64,000 nucleotides of DNA from Bacteriovoracaceae bacterium (lineage in GTDB: Bacteria; Bdellovibrionota; Bacteriovoracia; Bacteriovoracales; Bacteriovoracaceae): assembly GCA_049415445.1 (NCBI GenBank), contig JBMSGH010000014.1, positions 6,603 through 70,602 of the forward strand, in the 5' to 3' direction. Position 1 is the stretch's first letter. Each line of letters begins with the position of its first letter. Both the position numbers and the translations under genes were made by a program. This document shows positions 17,001 through 25,333 of the stretch, piece by piece. Below the pieces are notes generated by a model. The model was not told where the DNA came from. It was given only the letters and a program-made list of their open reading frames with translations, and ran no database searches.

Positions 17001-19193
17001 TTGTTCTTGATCGAAAAAACTTTTATCATTCATGGAGTATATTATATTTCGATTCCGGAAGTAGGCCTTAATATTCTATGTGGTTGTCCTGCCGATATTG
17101 TAAAGCACCTTATTCGCCTTGGTTTAATTAAAAATACAGAACAAAAAGAAGTTGTGTTTGAAACCGGGCCTAATGCTATTTTGTTATCTGATATCCCAGT
17201 ACAAAATGGGTCATTTTGTAATCTCGCAGAATTTCCCGTGCTTCAAATGCTTTATAGACAGGGGATGATTCTACCTAATCATCCTAATAATAATGGGCAA
17301 AAACCGCTTCTGATTGGTACGCAGAACTCAGTTAATGCGCAACTTGAGTATATTTATCGAGGGAATTATGGCCTTACCAGTAAAGAGGAAATCATTAATG
17401 CGGGAGTTGATGAGGACTGGGCCAATGAAATTTTAAGGATGAAATTAAAGTTCGCATTCGGGAAGATAAAGAAATCATCAGAATTTATAGACACGGTAAT
17501 TGTTGATGACTCTCAAGTGGAAATAAAAAAGGGTGTTAATATTAAAAAGGTTAGCACGAATCAATATACGATATCTTATAAGGGTGAGTCTGTTGAGATT
17601 GATCTGAACTTAGGTCAGGATCAAAAATACTTACCACCTTATAATTTAAATTATGTTCAAGTTAAAAGAGAGCACTTCTCTATTGTTCATAGTGGTGATG
17701 GTGATGGGTGGGACATCAATCGACCTTGTATGAGTAGTATCGTTATTTACAATGGCTATATATACCTCATTGATTGCCCACCAAATTTACTAACGACTCT
17801 CAATCATCTTGGTATTGGTGTCAGTGAAGTAAGAGGTGTTTTTCACACACATTGTCATGATGATCACTTCAACGGAATTACTACGCTTATGCAAGCGGAT
17901 CATCGAATAAATTACTATGCAACTCCTTTGATAAGGGCCTCAGTTTCAAAAAAAATAAGTGCCCTGTTAGGTGCGAAAGGAGAAATCCTTGATAAATATT
18001 TTAAGATTCACGACTTAGAGTTTGATAAGTGGAATGAAGTTGAAGGGCTTCAAGTTATGCCAAAATTCTCTCCCCACCCTGTTGAAACAAATAACTTTAT
18101 CTTTAGGGTTATTAGTGGTGAGGGATTTAAGACTTATGCTCACCTTGCAGATATCAGTTCATTTGATGTTTTAAACTCTATGGTTGTTGATGATGGTAGT
18201 ATGCCAGGTATCAGTAAAGCATTTTATGAAAAAACTAAGGATCAATACCTTGAGCAAGCTGATATTAAAAAGATTGATAATGGTGGCGGAATGATTCACG
18301 GAATGGCCAAGGATTTTAAAGAAGATAAAACTGAAAAAATAATTCTATCTCATTCGTCACTCGATTTAACATCCGAAGAAAAAGAAATAGGTGTACGAAG
18401 CTCTTTTGGCCTTCAAGATATTTTGATTCCCTCAAATGCGGAGCAGGTTTCACGGTTTTCCAAAAGGTTCTTAAATGCCCATTTCCCTATGGTGGATTTT
18501 CAAGACCTGCGTGATCTTATAAATTGCCCGATTTTCTCTTTTAATGCCGGTGATATGTTGATGAAGAGGGAAAAAAGTTATGATCATATTTTTTTAACTC
18601 TTACTGGTACAGTAGAGATGATTGATGCAAAAACGAATACAACTCAGCCGTTACCTGCTGGCTCTCTTATAGGTGATATTAGCTCAACATCAAATAAGAA
18701 AATTAACAAAACATATATAGCAGTTGGGTATGTTTGGGTAATGAAAATACCGTCTAATATGTTCTGGGACTTCGCTGAAAGACTTCAAATTAATGATATT
18801 ATTTTATCAACTCAAAAAAAGTTATCTTTTTTCAGATCTGTTCCTGCTTTTTCAGAAATGGCCTATTCACCTCAGTTAAATATCATCGCTCAAAATGTTG
18901 AAAAAGTTGACGTGAAAAAGGGAGAGTGTATCGAAAAGATGGAGAGGTCCTTTCTTTATTTTATTCTAACAGGAACTGTTAAGGTTTTTTATAAAGGTAA
19001 AGATATAGGTACTTTGTCTGAAGGAGATGTTTTATTTGAGGATCAGGTTTTATTTAAATCGGATCAAAGTTGGTTTAGTGCCGAAACTTTAGAGGACTGC
19101 TCTTTTTATCGCATATCAAGTAGTTTCCTTGAAGATATCCCTGCTGCTAGATGGCGTCTTTATGAGATTTTCGAAAAGCGTATAGAGAAATAG
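17001..19193 (+). CDS. multidomain protein: unknown N-domain + metallo-beta-lactamase fold + two CAP/cNMP-binding-type domains
   Basis: The TTG start is directly adjacent to the globin stop. MBL motifs are LIDCP, FHTHCHDDHF, SPHPVE and HLADIS. Two C-terminal beta-barrel effector domains are present (FNAGDMLMKREKSYDHIFLTLTGTVEM.. and VKKGECIEKMERSFLYFILTGTVKVF..). Confidence 0.7.
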   Translation: MFLIEKTFIIHGVYYISIPEVGLNILCGCPADIVKHLIRLGLIKNTEQKEVVFETGPNAILLSDIPVQNGSFCNLAEFPVLQMLYRQGMILPNHPNNNGQKPLLIGTQNSVNAQLEYIYRGNYGLTSKEEIINAGVDEDWANEILRMKLKFAFGKIKKSSEFIDTVIVDDSQVEIKKGVNIKKVSTNQYTISYKGESVEIDLNLGQDQKYLPPYNLNYVQVKREHFSIVHSGDGDGWDINRPCMSSIVIYNGYIYLIDCPPNLLTTLNHLGIGVSEVRGVFHTHCHDDHFNGITTLMQADHRINYYATPLIRASVSKKISALLGAKGEILDKYFKIHDLEFDKWNEVEGLQVMPKFSPHPVETNNFIFRVISGEGFKTYAHLADISSFDVLNSMVVDDGSMPGISKAFYEKTKDQYLEQADIKKIDNGGGMIHGMAKDFKEDKTEKIILSHSSLDLTSEEKEIGVRSSFGLQDILIPSNAEQVSRFSKRFLNAHFPMVDFQDLRDLINCPIFSFNAGDMLMKREKSYDHIFLTLTGTVEMIDAKTNTTQPLPAGSLIGDISSTSNKKINKTYIAVGYVWVMKIPSNMFWDFAERLQINDIILSTQKKLSFFRSVPAFSEMAYSPQLNIIAQNVEKVDVKKGECIEKMERSFLYFILTGTVKVFYKGKDIGTLSEGDVLFEDQVLFKSDQSWFSAETLEDCSFYRISSSFLEDIPAARWRLYEIFEKRIEK

Positions 19194-19209
19194 ATTTTAC
19201 TTGAAATTA

Positions 19210-19286
19210 TGGTGGGGGTACCAGGACTTGAACCTGGGACCGCCCGGTTATGAGCCGGGAGCTCTAACCAACTGAGCTATACCCCC
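19210..19286 (-). tRNA. tRNA with CAT anticodon (elongator Met, or Ile2 if lysidine-modified); CCA encoded
   Basis: The minus strand reads GGGGGTATAGCTCAGTTGGTTAGAGCTCCCGGCTCATAACCGGGCGGTCCCAGGTTCAAGTCCTGGTACCCCCACCA and folds as a full cloverleaf. A G1-C72 pair and the absence of a GGG/CCC anticodon stem argue against an initiator. Confidence 0.9.
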
Positions 19287-19362
19287 TAAATCAAGAGTGA
19301 CTTTTATAACTCTCTAAGGCATCATTGGCAATAAGGTAACATTAATACCGCAGGGAGTTATT

Positions 19363-20154
19363 ATGAAAACCCTTAATTATGACCGCTATTCTGCTACGGG
19401 TAATTTCCTTTTAGTTTCAGATTGCAGGCAAATAGAGCTCTCTGGCCTTAATGATGAGTTTTGGGCAGAACTTTGCGACAGTAATGATGCCGATGGGATT
19501 GTTCTTATAAAAGAGTCTTCTGAGGCCGAAGTTAAAATGGAGTACCGTAATAGAGATGGCGGAGAGGTGAACCTTTGTGGAAATGGCCTACGTGCCCTTA
19601 CATATCACCTGCGTGCTCAATTAAAACAAGGGCAAGGCCCAGTTGATATTGAGACAAATAAAGGTCGTTATACAGCTCAAATAAATGGAGATCAGGTCAA
19701 AGTGCAAATGACTGAACTCTACGATATTGGGACTATTGATCTCACTTCATTTTATGATTTTGAAGAAGGACTCTATTTAAATACGGGTGTGCCACACTGT
19801 GTTTTTCTAACTGAAGATGTAGATAAAATTAATGTTGATGAGAGAGGAAAACAAATCTCAAAAAATAGACGCTTTAAAAAAGAGTCTAATGTTAACTTTG
19901 TGGAAATTATTAAAGATAATGAAATTAAAGTACGCACTTATGAAAGAGGTGTTGAAAAAGAGACTTTGTCCTGTGGAACGGGCGCTATGGCCTGCACTAT
20001 TGCCTTGGCCAAACTAAGAGGTTGGAAAAACAATTGCTTAATCCATACAAGAGGTGGTGATCTTCACACAGAATATGATGAGAATTTTGATCATATGTTT
20101 CTTCAGGGAGAGGTTGAGCATCTGTCTCACTCTGAACAAGATTTACCGCAATAA
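19363..20154 (+). CDS. dapF: diaminopimelate epimerase
   Basis: The two catalytic-Cys motifs NLCGNGLRAL and LSCGTGAMA are present. Confidence 0.85.
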   Translation: MKTLNYDRYSATGNFLLVSDCRQIELSGLNDEFWAELCDSNDADGIVLIKESSEAEVKMEYRNRDGGEVNLCGNGLRALTYHLRAQLKQGQGPVDIETNKGRYTAQINGDQVKVQMTELYDIGTIDLTSFYDFEEGLYLNTGVPHCVFLTEDVDKINVDERGKQISKNRRFKKESNVNFVEIIKDNEIKVRTYERGVEKETLSCGTGAMACTIALAKLRGWKNNCLIHTRGGDLHTEYDENFDHMFLQGEVEHLSHSEQDLPQ

Positions 20155-20519
20155 TTCTCTAATTGTTGGAATAAATTAAATCGATCAAAAAGACATAAAA
20201 GAGAGCCCCCAAAGGCCCCTGCCATGTTGGCCCATTGATCCTCGAGTTCATAGTATCTATTTCCTAATTGCTCCTGAATAAGCTCAATTGAAAAACCATA
20301 AAGACAAATAAAGATGAAGCTGAGGCTAAGATATTTTTTTTTCGTTATTAAACCAAAGAAAAGCCCTGCCCATAGGTAACTAAAGATGTGGAGTAGTTTA
20401 TCTGAAATAGCAATGGAGGCCATTTCGGGTGAAGGTGATCTTAGCGAAAAGTAAGCAATTACAATTAAATAAGTAAAAGTCAGAGACTTCCATAGCTTTG
20501 AATATTGATATTTTCGCAT
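20127..20519 (-). CDS. VanZ-like membrane protein
   Basis: Four TM segments. The pattern DKLLHIFSY ... ELIQEQ..R..E..D..ANMAGAFGG matches the VanZ family. Confidence 0.5.
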   Translation of the reverse strand: MRKYQYSKLWKSLTFTYLIVIAYFSLRSPSPEMASIAISDKLLHIFSYLWAGLFFGLITKKKYLSLSFIFICLYGFSIELIQEQLGNRYYELEDQWANMAGAFGGSLLCLFDRFNLFQQLENYCGKSCSE

Positions 20520-20533
20520 AACGTCCTTTGATA

Positions 20534-20965
20534 ATGCGCAAATTAAGGCCTATTATAGCCTTAATGAAATTAATTGTTATAGCTTTGTTTATTTATTCGT
20601 CTTCGCTTTGGGCCAGTTTTAGCCTTAATGTTGAGATTATTCATAGAAAAGGTATGGATAAAGGCCTTGTACTGGTCAATGAGGTTCATACTGTAGAAGA
20701 TTTTTATAACACAGAGGAAAAAGAAATTCTTATCGGAAAAGACTGGCTTCTTTCTGTTAAAGCAAGTTTTGAAAATAAAAACGAATCTCTAGGGCCAGCA
20801 GGAATTGTTTTAATCGAAGGTTCGTTTTTTAAAAAGAACAATAGTAAGTTTGAGTTATTAAATAAGAAAAACTTTAAGACTGTGCTTGGTAAAAAAATTA
20901 CCCACAAAGTAAACCATTCCTCAGATCAAGTTATTGAATTGAGTATCACTCCAAACATTAGGTGA
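20534..20965 (+). CDS. exported hypothetical protein
   Basis: Signal-peptide-like N-terminus MRKLRPIIALMKLIVIALFIYSSSLWA. The start is ambiguous (TTG 20528 or ATG 20534). Confidence 0.4.
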   Translation: MRKLRPIIALMKLIVIALFIYSSSLWASFSLNVEIIHRKGMDKGLVLVNEVHTVEDFYNTEEKEILIGKDWLLSVKASFENKNESLGPAGIVLIEGSFFKKNNSKFELLNKKNFKTVLGKKITHKVNHSSDQVIELSITPNIR

Positions 20966-21732
20966 AAGAAAAAAGACTTGATATATTCTTAGTCGAAAAT
21001 GGGTTTTGTTTGACTCGTTCGGCAGCACAAAATCTAATTAAGTTAGGTCAAGTTCTTGTTAACGGAAATCCAGTTACAAAGTCGAGTTATTCTATTTTTG
21101 ATAATGATGAAGTGATCATTACTAAAGAAAATATCTATGTTGGAAGAGGTGCAGATAAATTACTTTCAGTTCTTAATAGGGTAGATATAGATTTTTCTGA
21201 AAAAATTGTCGGAGATATCGGGGCCTCAACTGGTGGCTTTACAGAACTTGCACTATCAAAAGGGGCAAAAAAAGTTTACGCCATTGATGTTGGGCATGAT
21301 CAATTGGCCCAAATTTTGAGAGATGATAAAAGAGTTATTAATAGAGAGGGAGTGAATGTTAAGTTCCCTTTTGAGCTTGAAGAAAAAGTGGATATTATTC
21401 TTGTGGACCTCTCTTTTATTTCTTTGACTAAAATTTTAGAGAATGTGCTCGATCATCTTAATCCTTTAGGAGAAGGTTTAATATTAGTTAAGCCACAATT
21501 TGAAACAGATAAAAAACAAAAAAATAAGAAGGGGGTAGTCAAAGACTCCCAACTCTATCAAGAGGTTTGTCGTAGTTTGTATGGGTTTTTAGAAGAGCTT
21601 GGTTATTCTGTTTTGGGCCTTTATGCGAGTGAGTTAAAAGGTAAGAAGGGGAATCAGGAGTTCTTTTTCCATATATGTGCTAAATCTAAAAACTTGGGTT
21701 TAAAGTGGGATGAGTTAGAGGTCCAATTATGA
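20962..21732 (+). CDS. tlyA: TlyA-family rRNA 2'-O-methyltransferase (haemolysin A-like)
   Basis: An S4 domain (KRLDIFLVENGFCLTRSAAQNLIKLGQVLVNG) is followed by an FtsJ-type SAM motif (DIGASTGGFTE). Confidence 0.8.
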   Translation: MKEKRLDIFLVENGFCLTRSAAQNLIKLGQVLVNGNPVTKSSYSIFDNDEVIITKENIYVGRGADKLLSVLNRVDIDFSEKIVGDIGASTGGFTELALSKGAKKVYAIDVGHDQLAQILRDDKRVINREGVNVKFPFELEEKVDIILVDLSFISLTKILENVLDHLNPLGEGLILVKPQFETDKKQKNKKGVVKDSQLYQEVCRSLYGFLEELGYSVLGLYASELKGKKGNQEFFFHICAKSKNLGLKWDELEVQL

Positions 21733-22271
21733 AAAAATTATGTGTGTTTTGTGGTTCCTCTGAAGGACGTAGCGATAAATGGATGAGTTTGGCCAAGCAG
21801 TTAGGCCGTGAGCTTGTCGATCAAAGCTGGGGGTTGGTTTATGGTGGTGCATCAATAGGGCTCATGGGGGCAATGGCCGACGCTTGTATAGAAAAAGAGG
21901 GTAAGGTTTGGGGAGTTATTCCTAAAGCAATTTTAGATAAGGAAATTGCTCACGCGGGGCTTGAGCAGCTTTATATAGTTGATGATATGCATCAAAGAAA
22001 GCAAAAGATGTATGACCTATCGGAAGCATTTTTGGCCTTACCAGGAGGCTTTGGTACTTTGGATGAGTTATTTGAAATACTAACATGGTCTCAGTTAGGT
22101 CTTCACAAAAAAAAGATTTATTTATTAAACGTTGATGGGTTTTATGACGGTATTATTCAGCACGTTAATACGATGTATCAAGAGCATTTTGTTAAACAAG
22201 AGCATAAAAACTTATTGCAAGTCGTAAGCAGTTATCAAGAGTTGTTTTCCGGTTTAAATCGTGTTGAATAA
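21729..22271 (+). CDS. LOG-family (TIGR00730) nucleotide phosphoribohydrolase
   Basis: GGASIGLMGAMAD and PGGFGTLDELFE motifs are present. There is a 4-nt overlap with tlyA. Confidence 0.8.
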   Translation: MKKLCVFCGSSEGRSDKWMSLAKQLGRELVDQSWGLVYGGASIGLMGAMADACIEKEGKVWGVIPKAILDKEIAHAGLEQLYIVDDMHQRKQKMYDLSEAFLALPGGFGTLDELFEILTWSQLGLHKKKIYLLNVDGFYDGIIQHVNTMYQEHFVKQEHKNLLQVVSSYQELFSGLNRVE

Positions 22272-22331
22272 TTGGCCCTCAAAGGTTAAATTGGGTGGAT
22301 AGTTGTAATCCACTAAGAAAGTAGAGAGTTC

Positions 22332-22817
22332 ATGAATAAGTTAGTCGTATTCATTGTTGTTGTGTCATTTTTCGTGGCCTTAAAAGGGCTCAATTCATAT
22401 AAATCAATTGAAGTAAGCAACGAACCTTTTGTCTATTCTAAGGCAAAGGCCGCTCATAAAGAACATCTTAAGGCCCTTGCTGAAATTGAAGAGGCCAAGA
22501 AGCCTAAAGTAGAGAAAGAGCAAAAAGTAAAAAAAGTTGAGTTTAAAGTTGCTTTAGATACTCCAGAGCTCAAAAGAGGTTTTAAACTTTATTCTAAATG
22601 TATCGTTTGTCACGGTAAACTAGGCTCAGGTAAAAAGTCTCAAAACGCTCCTAAAATTGGCGGGCAGTTTGACTGGTATGTAGCATTACAAATTAGTAAT
22701 ATGCAAAAAGGTATCAGAGTTAATAAAGCGATGGAGCCTTATATTAAGAAGCTATCCTCTCAGGATATTGCTGATCTTTCGGCCTATATTTCTAAGCTGC
22801 CGTGGAAACCCCTCTAA
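22332..22817 (+). CDS. membrane-anchored c-type cytochrome
   Basis: An N-terminal TM segment and a single haem-binding CIVCH motif are present. Confidence 0.65.
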   Translation: MNKLVVFIVVVSFFVALKGLNSYKSIEVSNEPFVYSKAKAAHKEHLKALAEIEEAKKPKVEKEQKVKKVEFKVALDTPELKRGFKLYSKCIVCHGKLGSGKKSQNAPKIGGQFDWYVALQISNMQKGIRVNKAMEPYIKKLSSQDIADLSAYISKLPWKPL

Positions 22818-23347
22818 ATCTATTTTCCCATTTAGGTAAAACTCCCCAAGTTGGTCAGGGGGCTTATTTGGCCCCTAATTGTACAATTATTGGAGATGTT
22901 AAACTGGGTGAAGACTCCTCAGTATGGTTTGGAAGTGTCCTAAGGGGGGATATAAATAAAATTACGATAGGGGCAAGATCCAATATACAGGATTTAAGTC
23001 TTATTCATGTTACGGAGAAAGACTCTGTCTATATAGGTGAAGAGGTAACTGTAGGCCATAAGGTAATTCTTCATGGCTGTCATGTAGCAAACAATTGTCT
23101 TATTGGAATGGGTGCTATTTTAATGGATGGAGTTCAGGTAGGTGCCAATAGTTTAGTTGCAGCGGGCTCCCTATTAACTCCTGGTAAAACGTTTCCAGAG
23201 GCCCATCTTATAATGGGTAATCCGGCCAGAGCGGTAAGAGAGCTTACTGAAGATGAAATAAAAGAATATGGGCAACATTATAAAACTTATTTAATCAATA
23301 AAAATAATTTTACTAAATCAAACGGTCTACTCCCTATTATTATCTAA
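22802..23347 (+). CDS. gamma-carbonic-anhydrase-like hexapeptide-repeat protein (YrdA/PaaY type)
   Basis: The left-handed beta-helix pattern IIGDVKLGEDSSVWFGSVLRGDINKITIGARSNIQD..IH is present. Confidence 0.8.
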   Translation: METPLNLFSHLGKTPQVGQGAYLAPNCTIIGDVKLGEDSSVWFGSVLRGDINKITIGARSNIQDLSLIHVTEKDSVYIGEEVTVGHKVILHGCHVANNCLIGMGAILMDGVQVGANSLVAAGSLLTPGKTFPEAHLIMGNPARAVRELTEDEIKEYGQHYKTYLINKNNFTKSNGLLPIII

Positions 23348-23410
23348 ACATTCATAAATTACTAAGGTCTTCAATTTAATTTCCGAATAGTTTTGTAAGG
23401 ATAATAAACT

Positions 23411-24589
23411 ATGTCAGAACCAGGTGCTGAAGAACAAATTAAGTCTCTAAGTGAAGGATCTTCCAAAGAACACCCTTATAAGGTTCTTATTGTTGATGAT
23501 AATCCTGTTAACGTTAAGGTTATCGATGTTCGCTTAAAGAAACTGGGTGTTGAAACGACTTGTCTTACTGATTCAAGAATGGCAATTGATACAATCAAAG
23601 ATGGGGATTTTGACTTAATTCTTTTAGATGTTGTTATGCCCGATGTTTCCGGATTAGATATTTTAAAGTGGGTTAGAGAAAGATACTCTGCCATGAGACT
23701 TCCGGTTATTATGGTAACGGCAAAAATTGAAAACCAAGATTTAATTGAGGCCATGCAAATTGGTGCTAACGACTTTATTACAAAGCCTATAGATTTTCAG
23801 ATTGCTTGGGCCAGAATTGATACACATATTACAATTAAGCGTTTTAATGACGAGGTAGAACGGCAAAGAACTGAAAGTTTAAAAGCTGCTAGTATGGGTA
23901 TTCTTATTGATATGGCAGGTTCAGTTGCACATGAAATTAATAATCCTTTGACTATTGCTATTGGTAGGATCCAATTACTTCAAATGAAAATGGGAAAGGT
24001 TGAAACCCTTGATGATGAAACGAAGAAAAAATTTGATGGTGAAATGGAGACAATTTATGAGGCCATGATTAGAGCTGAGTCTGTTGTTTCAGGATTGAGG
24101 GCCTTTGCACAGGATGAGAGGAAAAAAGATGTTAAACCTCTTAACTTAAAAGAAACAATTCTTATGACTTTCAATGTTTGTAGAACAACGATAACTGCTG
24201 CAGGTGTTAAAATAATCGGCGATGAAGATATAGATGAATCAATTAAAGTGTTAGGTAAGCAAAGTATGCTTATCCAGGTCTTTTATAATATTTTCAAAAA
24301 CTCTAAAGAGGCCATAGCTTCTAAGGCGGAAGAAGAGCCTTGGATAAAAGTAGAAAGTCAGGATAAGGGTGATACTATTGAGATTCAGATAACGGATTCA
24401 GGTAAAGGCATTGAGGGAGAGGCGCTCGATAAGATGTTTGAACCATTCTTTACGACAAAAGGTGGCGGCACAAGTGGGATGGGGTTAACGAACTCTAAAG
24501 AAACTCTTGAGGAGCTTGATGCTACTATCAATTACAACCCTAACTCTGAAAATACTCAATTTATTGTTACTTTAAAAAAACCAGCTTAA
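23411..24589 (+). CDS. receiver-domain-fused histidine kinase (REC-HisKA-HATPase, no sensor domain)
   Basis: REC motifs are VLIVDDNPV, LILLDVVMPDVSG and ANDFITKP. The H-box is SVAHEINNPL, the N-box NIFKNSKEA, and the G-boxes DSGKGI / GMGL. Confidence 0.8.
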   Translation: MSEPGAEEQIKSLSEGSSKEHPYKVLIVDDNPVNVKVIDVRLKKLGVETTCLTDSRMAIDTIKDGDFDLILLDVVMPDVSGLDILKWVRERYSAMRLPVIMVTAKIENQDLIEAMQIGANDFITKPIDFQIAWARIDTHITIKRFNDEVERQRTESLKAASMGILIDMAGSVAHEINNPLTIAIGRIQLLQMKMGKVETLDDETKKKFDGEMETIYEAMIRAESVVSGLRAFAQDERKKDVKPLNLKETILMTFNVCRTTITAAGVKIIGDEDIDESIKVLGKQSMLIQVFYNIFKNSKEAIASKAEEEPWIKVESQDKGDTIEIQITDSGKGIEGEALDKMFEPFFTTKGGGTSGMGLTNSKETLEELDATINYNPNSENTQFIVTLKKPA

Positions 24590-25041
24590 CGGTTTCCTGA
24601 TTGATGGAAATTAAAAATAATTTCATTTAGTCTTTTTTTATTTACACCAAAATCCAATTTACCTTTTCTTGATGCACTTTTCATGTGGATTTCATTTTTC
24701 ATATTAAAAATAATCTCTAGATCATCTACAAACTTAAAAATAGCAGATGTGCACTCGGCCCAAATATAGTTTTCTTTTTTCGTTTTGATTACACAGCCTT
24801 GTCTAGACTCTATGACTTTCACCATTTTGGGGTAGGCCATTTCTTTGGGCTCTGTATAAGATATGGGTTCAATATAGTTTTCTTGAGAAGGGTCTTCAGT
24901 TGTTGATATACAATTCGAAGTTGAAGAGCATGGAAAAAAAGTTTTCCCCTCACTCCCTTGTGGGCCCAAATGCGAAGGTGCGATACCTTGGCATGAAATG
25001 AGAGTCACAAGAATTAGGGGATAAAGGGAAAACTTTAGCAT
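24586..25041 (-). CDS. lipoprotein, DUF1499-like
   Basis: Lipobox LISC. FFPCSSTSNCIST resembles the PCPxxPNCVSS motif of DUF1499. Confidence 0.4.
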   Translation of the reverse strand: MLKFSLYPLILVTLISCQGIAPSHLGPQGSEGKTFFPCSSTSNCISTTEDPSQENYIEPISYTEPKEMAYPKMVKVIESRQGCVIKTKKENYIWAECTSAIFKFVDDLEIIFNMKNEIHMKSASRKGKLDFGVNKKRLNEIIFNFHQSGNR

Positions 25042-25047
25042 TTACAA

Positions 25048-25236
25048 TTAGAAATCAGTTGCTCTAACTGTTTTTCTTCCGTTATTAACGGCCCTGTCTT
25101 GAGCATTTTTTACAAGGTTATGAACTTTCTCGTTCAAAGCATCAAGGGCATCAGAAGCAACATTTAGGCCAGCAGCTTTAATAGCATCTTTAGTTTTAGA
25201 ACCTACCAAAAGCATTTCTCTTTCATTTTCATTCAT
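25048..25236 (-). CDS. histone-fold DNA-binding protein (bacterial histone, HBb/DUF1931-like)
   Basis: MNENEREMLLVGSKTKDAIKAAGLNVASDALDALNEKVHNLVKNAQDRAVNNGRKTVRATDF has an alpha1-L1-alpha2-L2-alpha3 layout, and its GRKTVRATD end matches the archaeal HMf GRKTIKAEDI. GGAG lies 6 nt upstream of the ATG at 25236. The ORF-track start at 25248 has no SD. Confidence 0.65.
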   Translation of the reverse strand: MNENEREMLLVGSKTKDAIKAAGLNVASDALDALNEKVHNLVKNAQDRAVNNGRKTVRATDF

Positions 25237-25269
25237 ACTTTTCTCCATTAATAATTAAATGATGAGAAC

Positions 25270-25299
25270 ATTCTATAAGAAAAATTAAAAGAGAATCAA
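25270..25299 (-). promoter_or_regulatory. candidate promoter of the histone-fold gene
   Basis: The minus strand reads TTGATT (25299-25294), an 18-nt spacer, then TAGAAT (25275-25270). Confidence 0.3.
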
Positions 25300-25333
25300 A
25301 GAAAAAACGACAGAGGCATAGCGTAAAGTGATG

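Noticed and set aside
19194-19362. tRNA-Met (and tRNA-His at 34196-34272) as integration sites of genomic islands
   Set aside because: There is no integrase, no excisionase and no obvious duplicated tRNA 3' segment on either side. The flanking genes look native.
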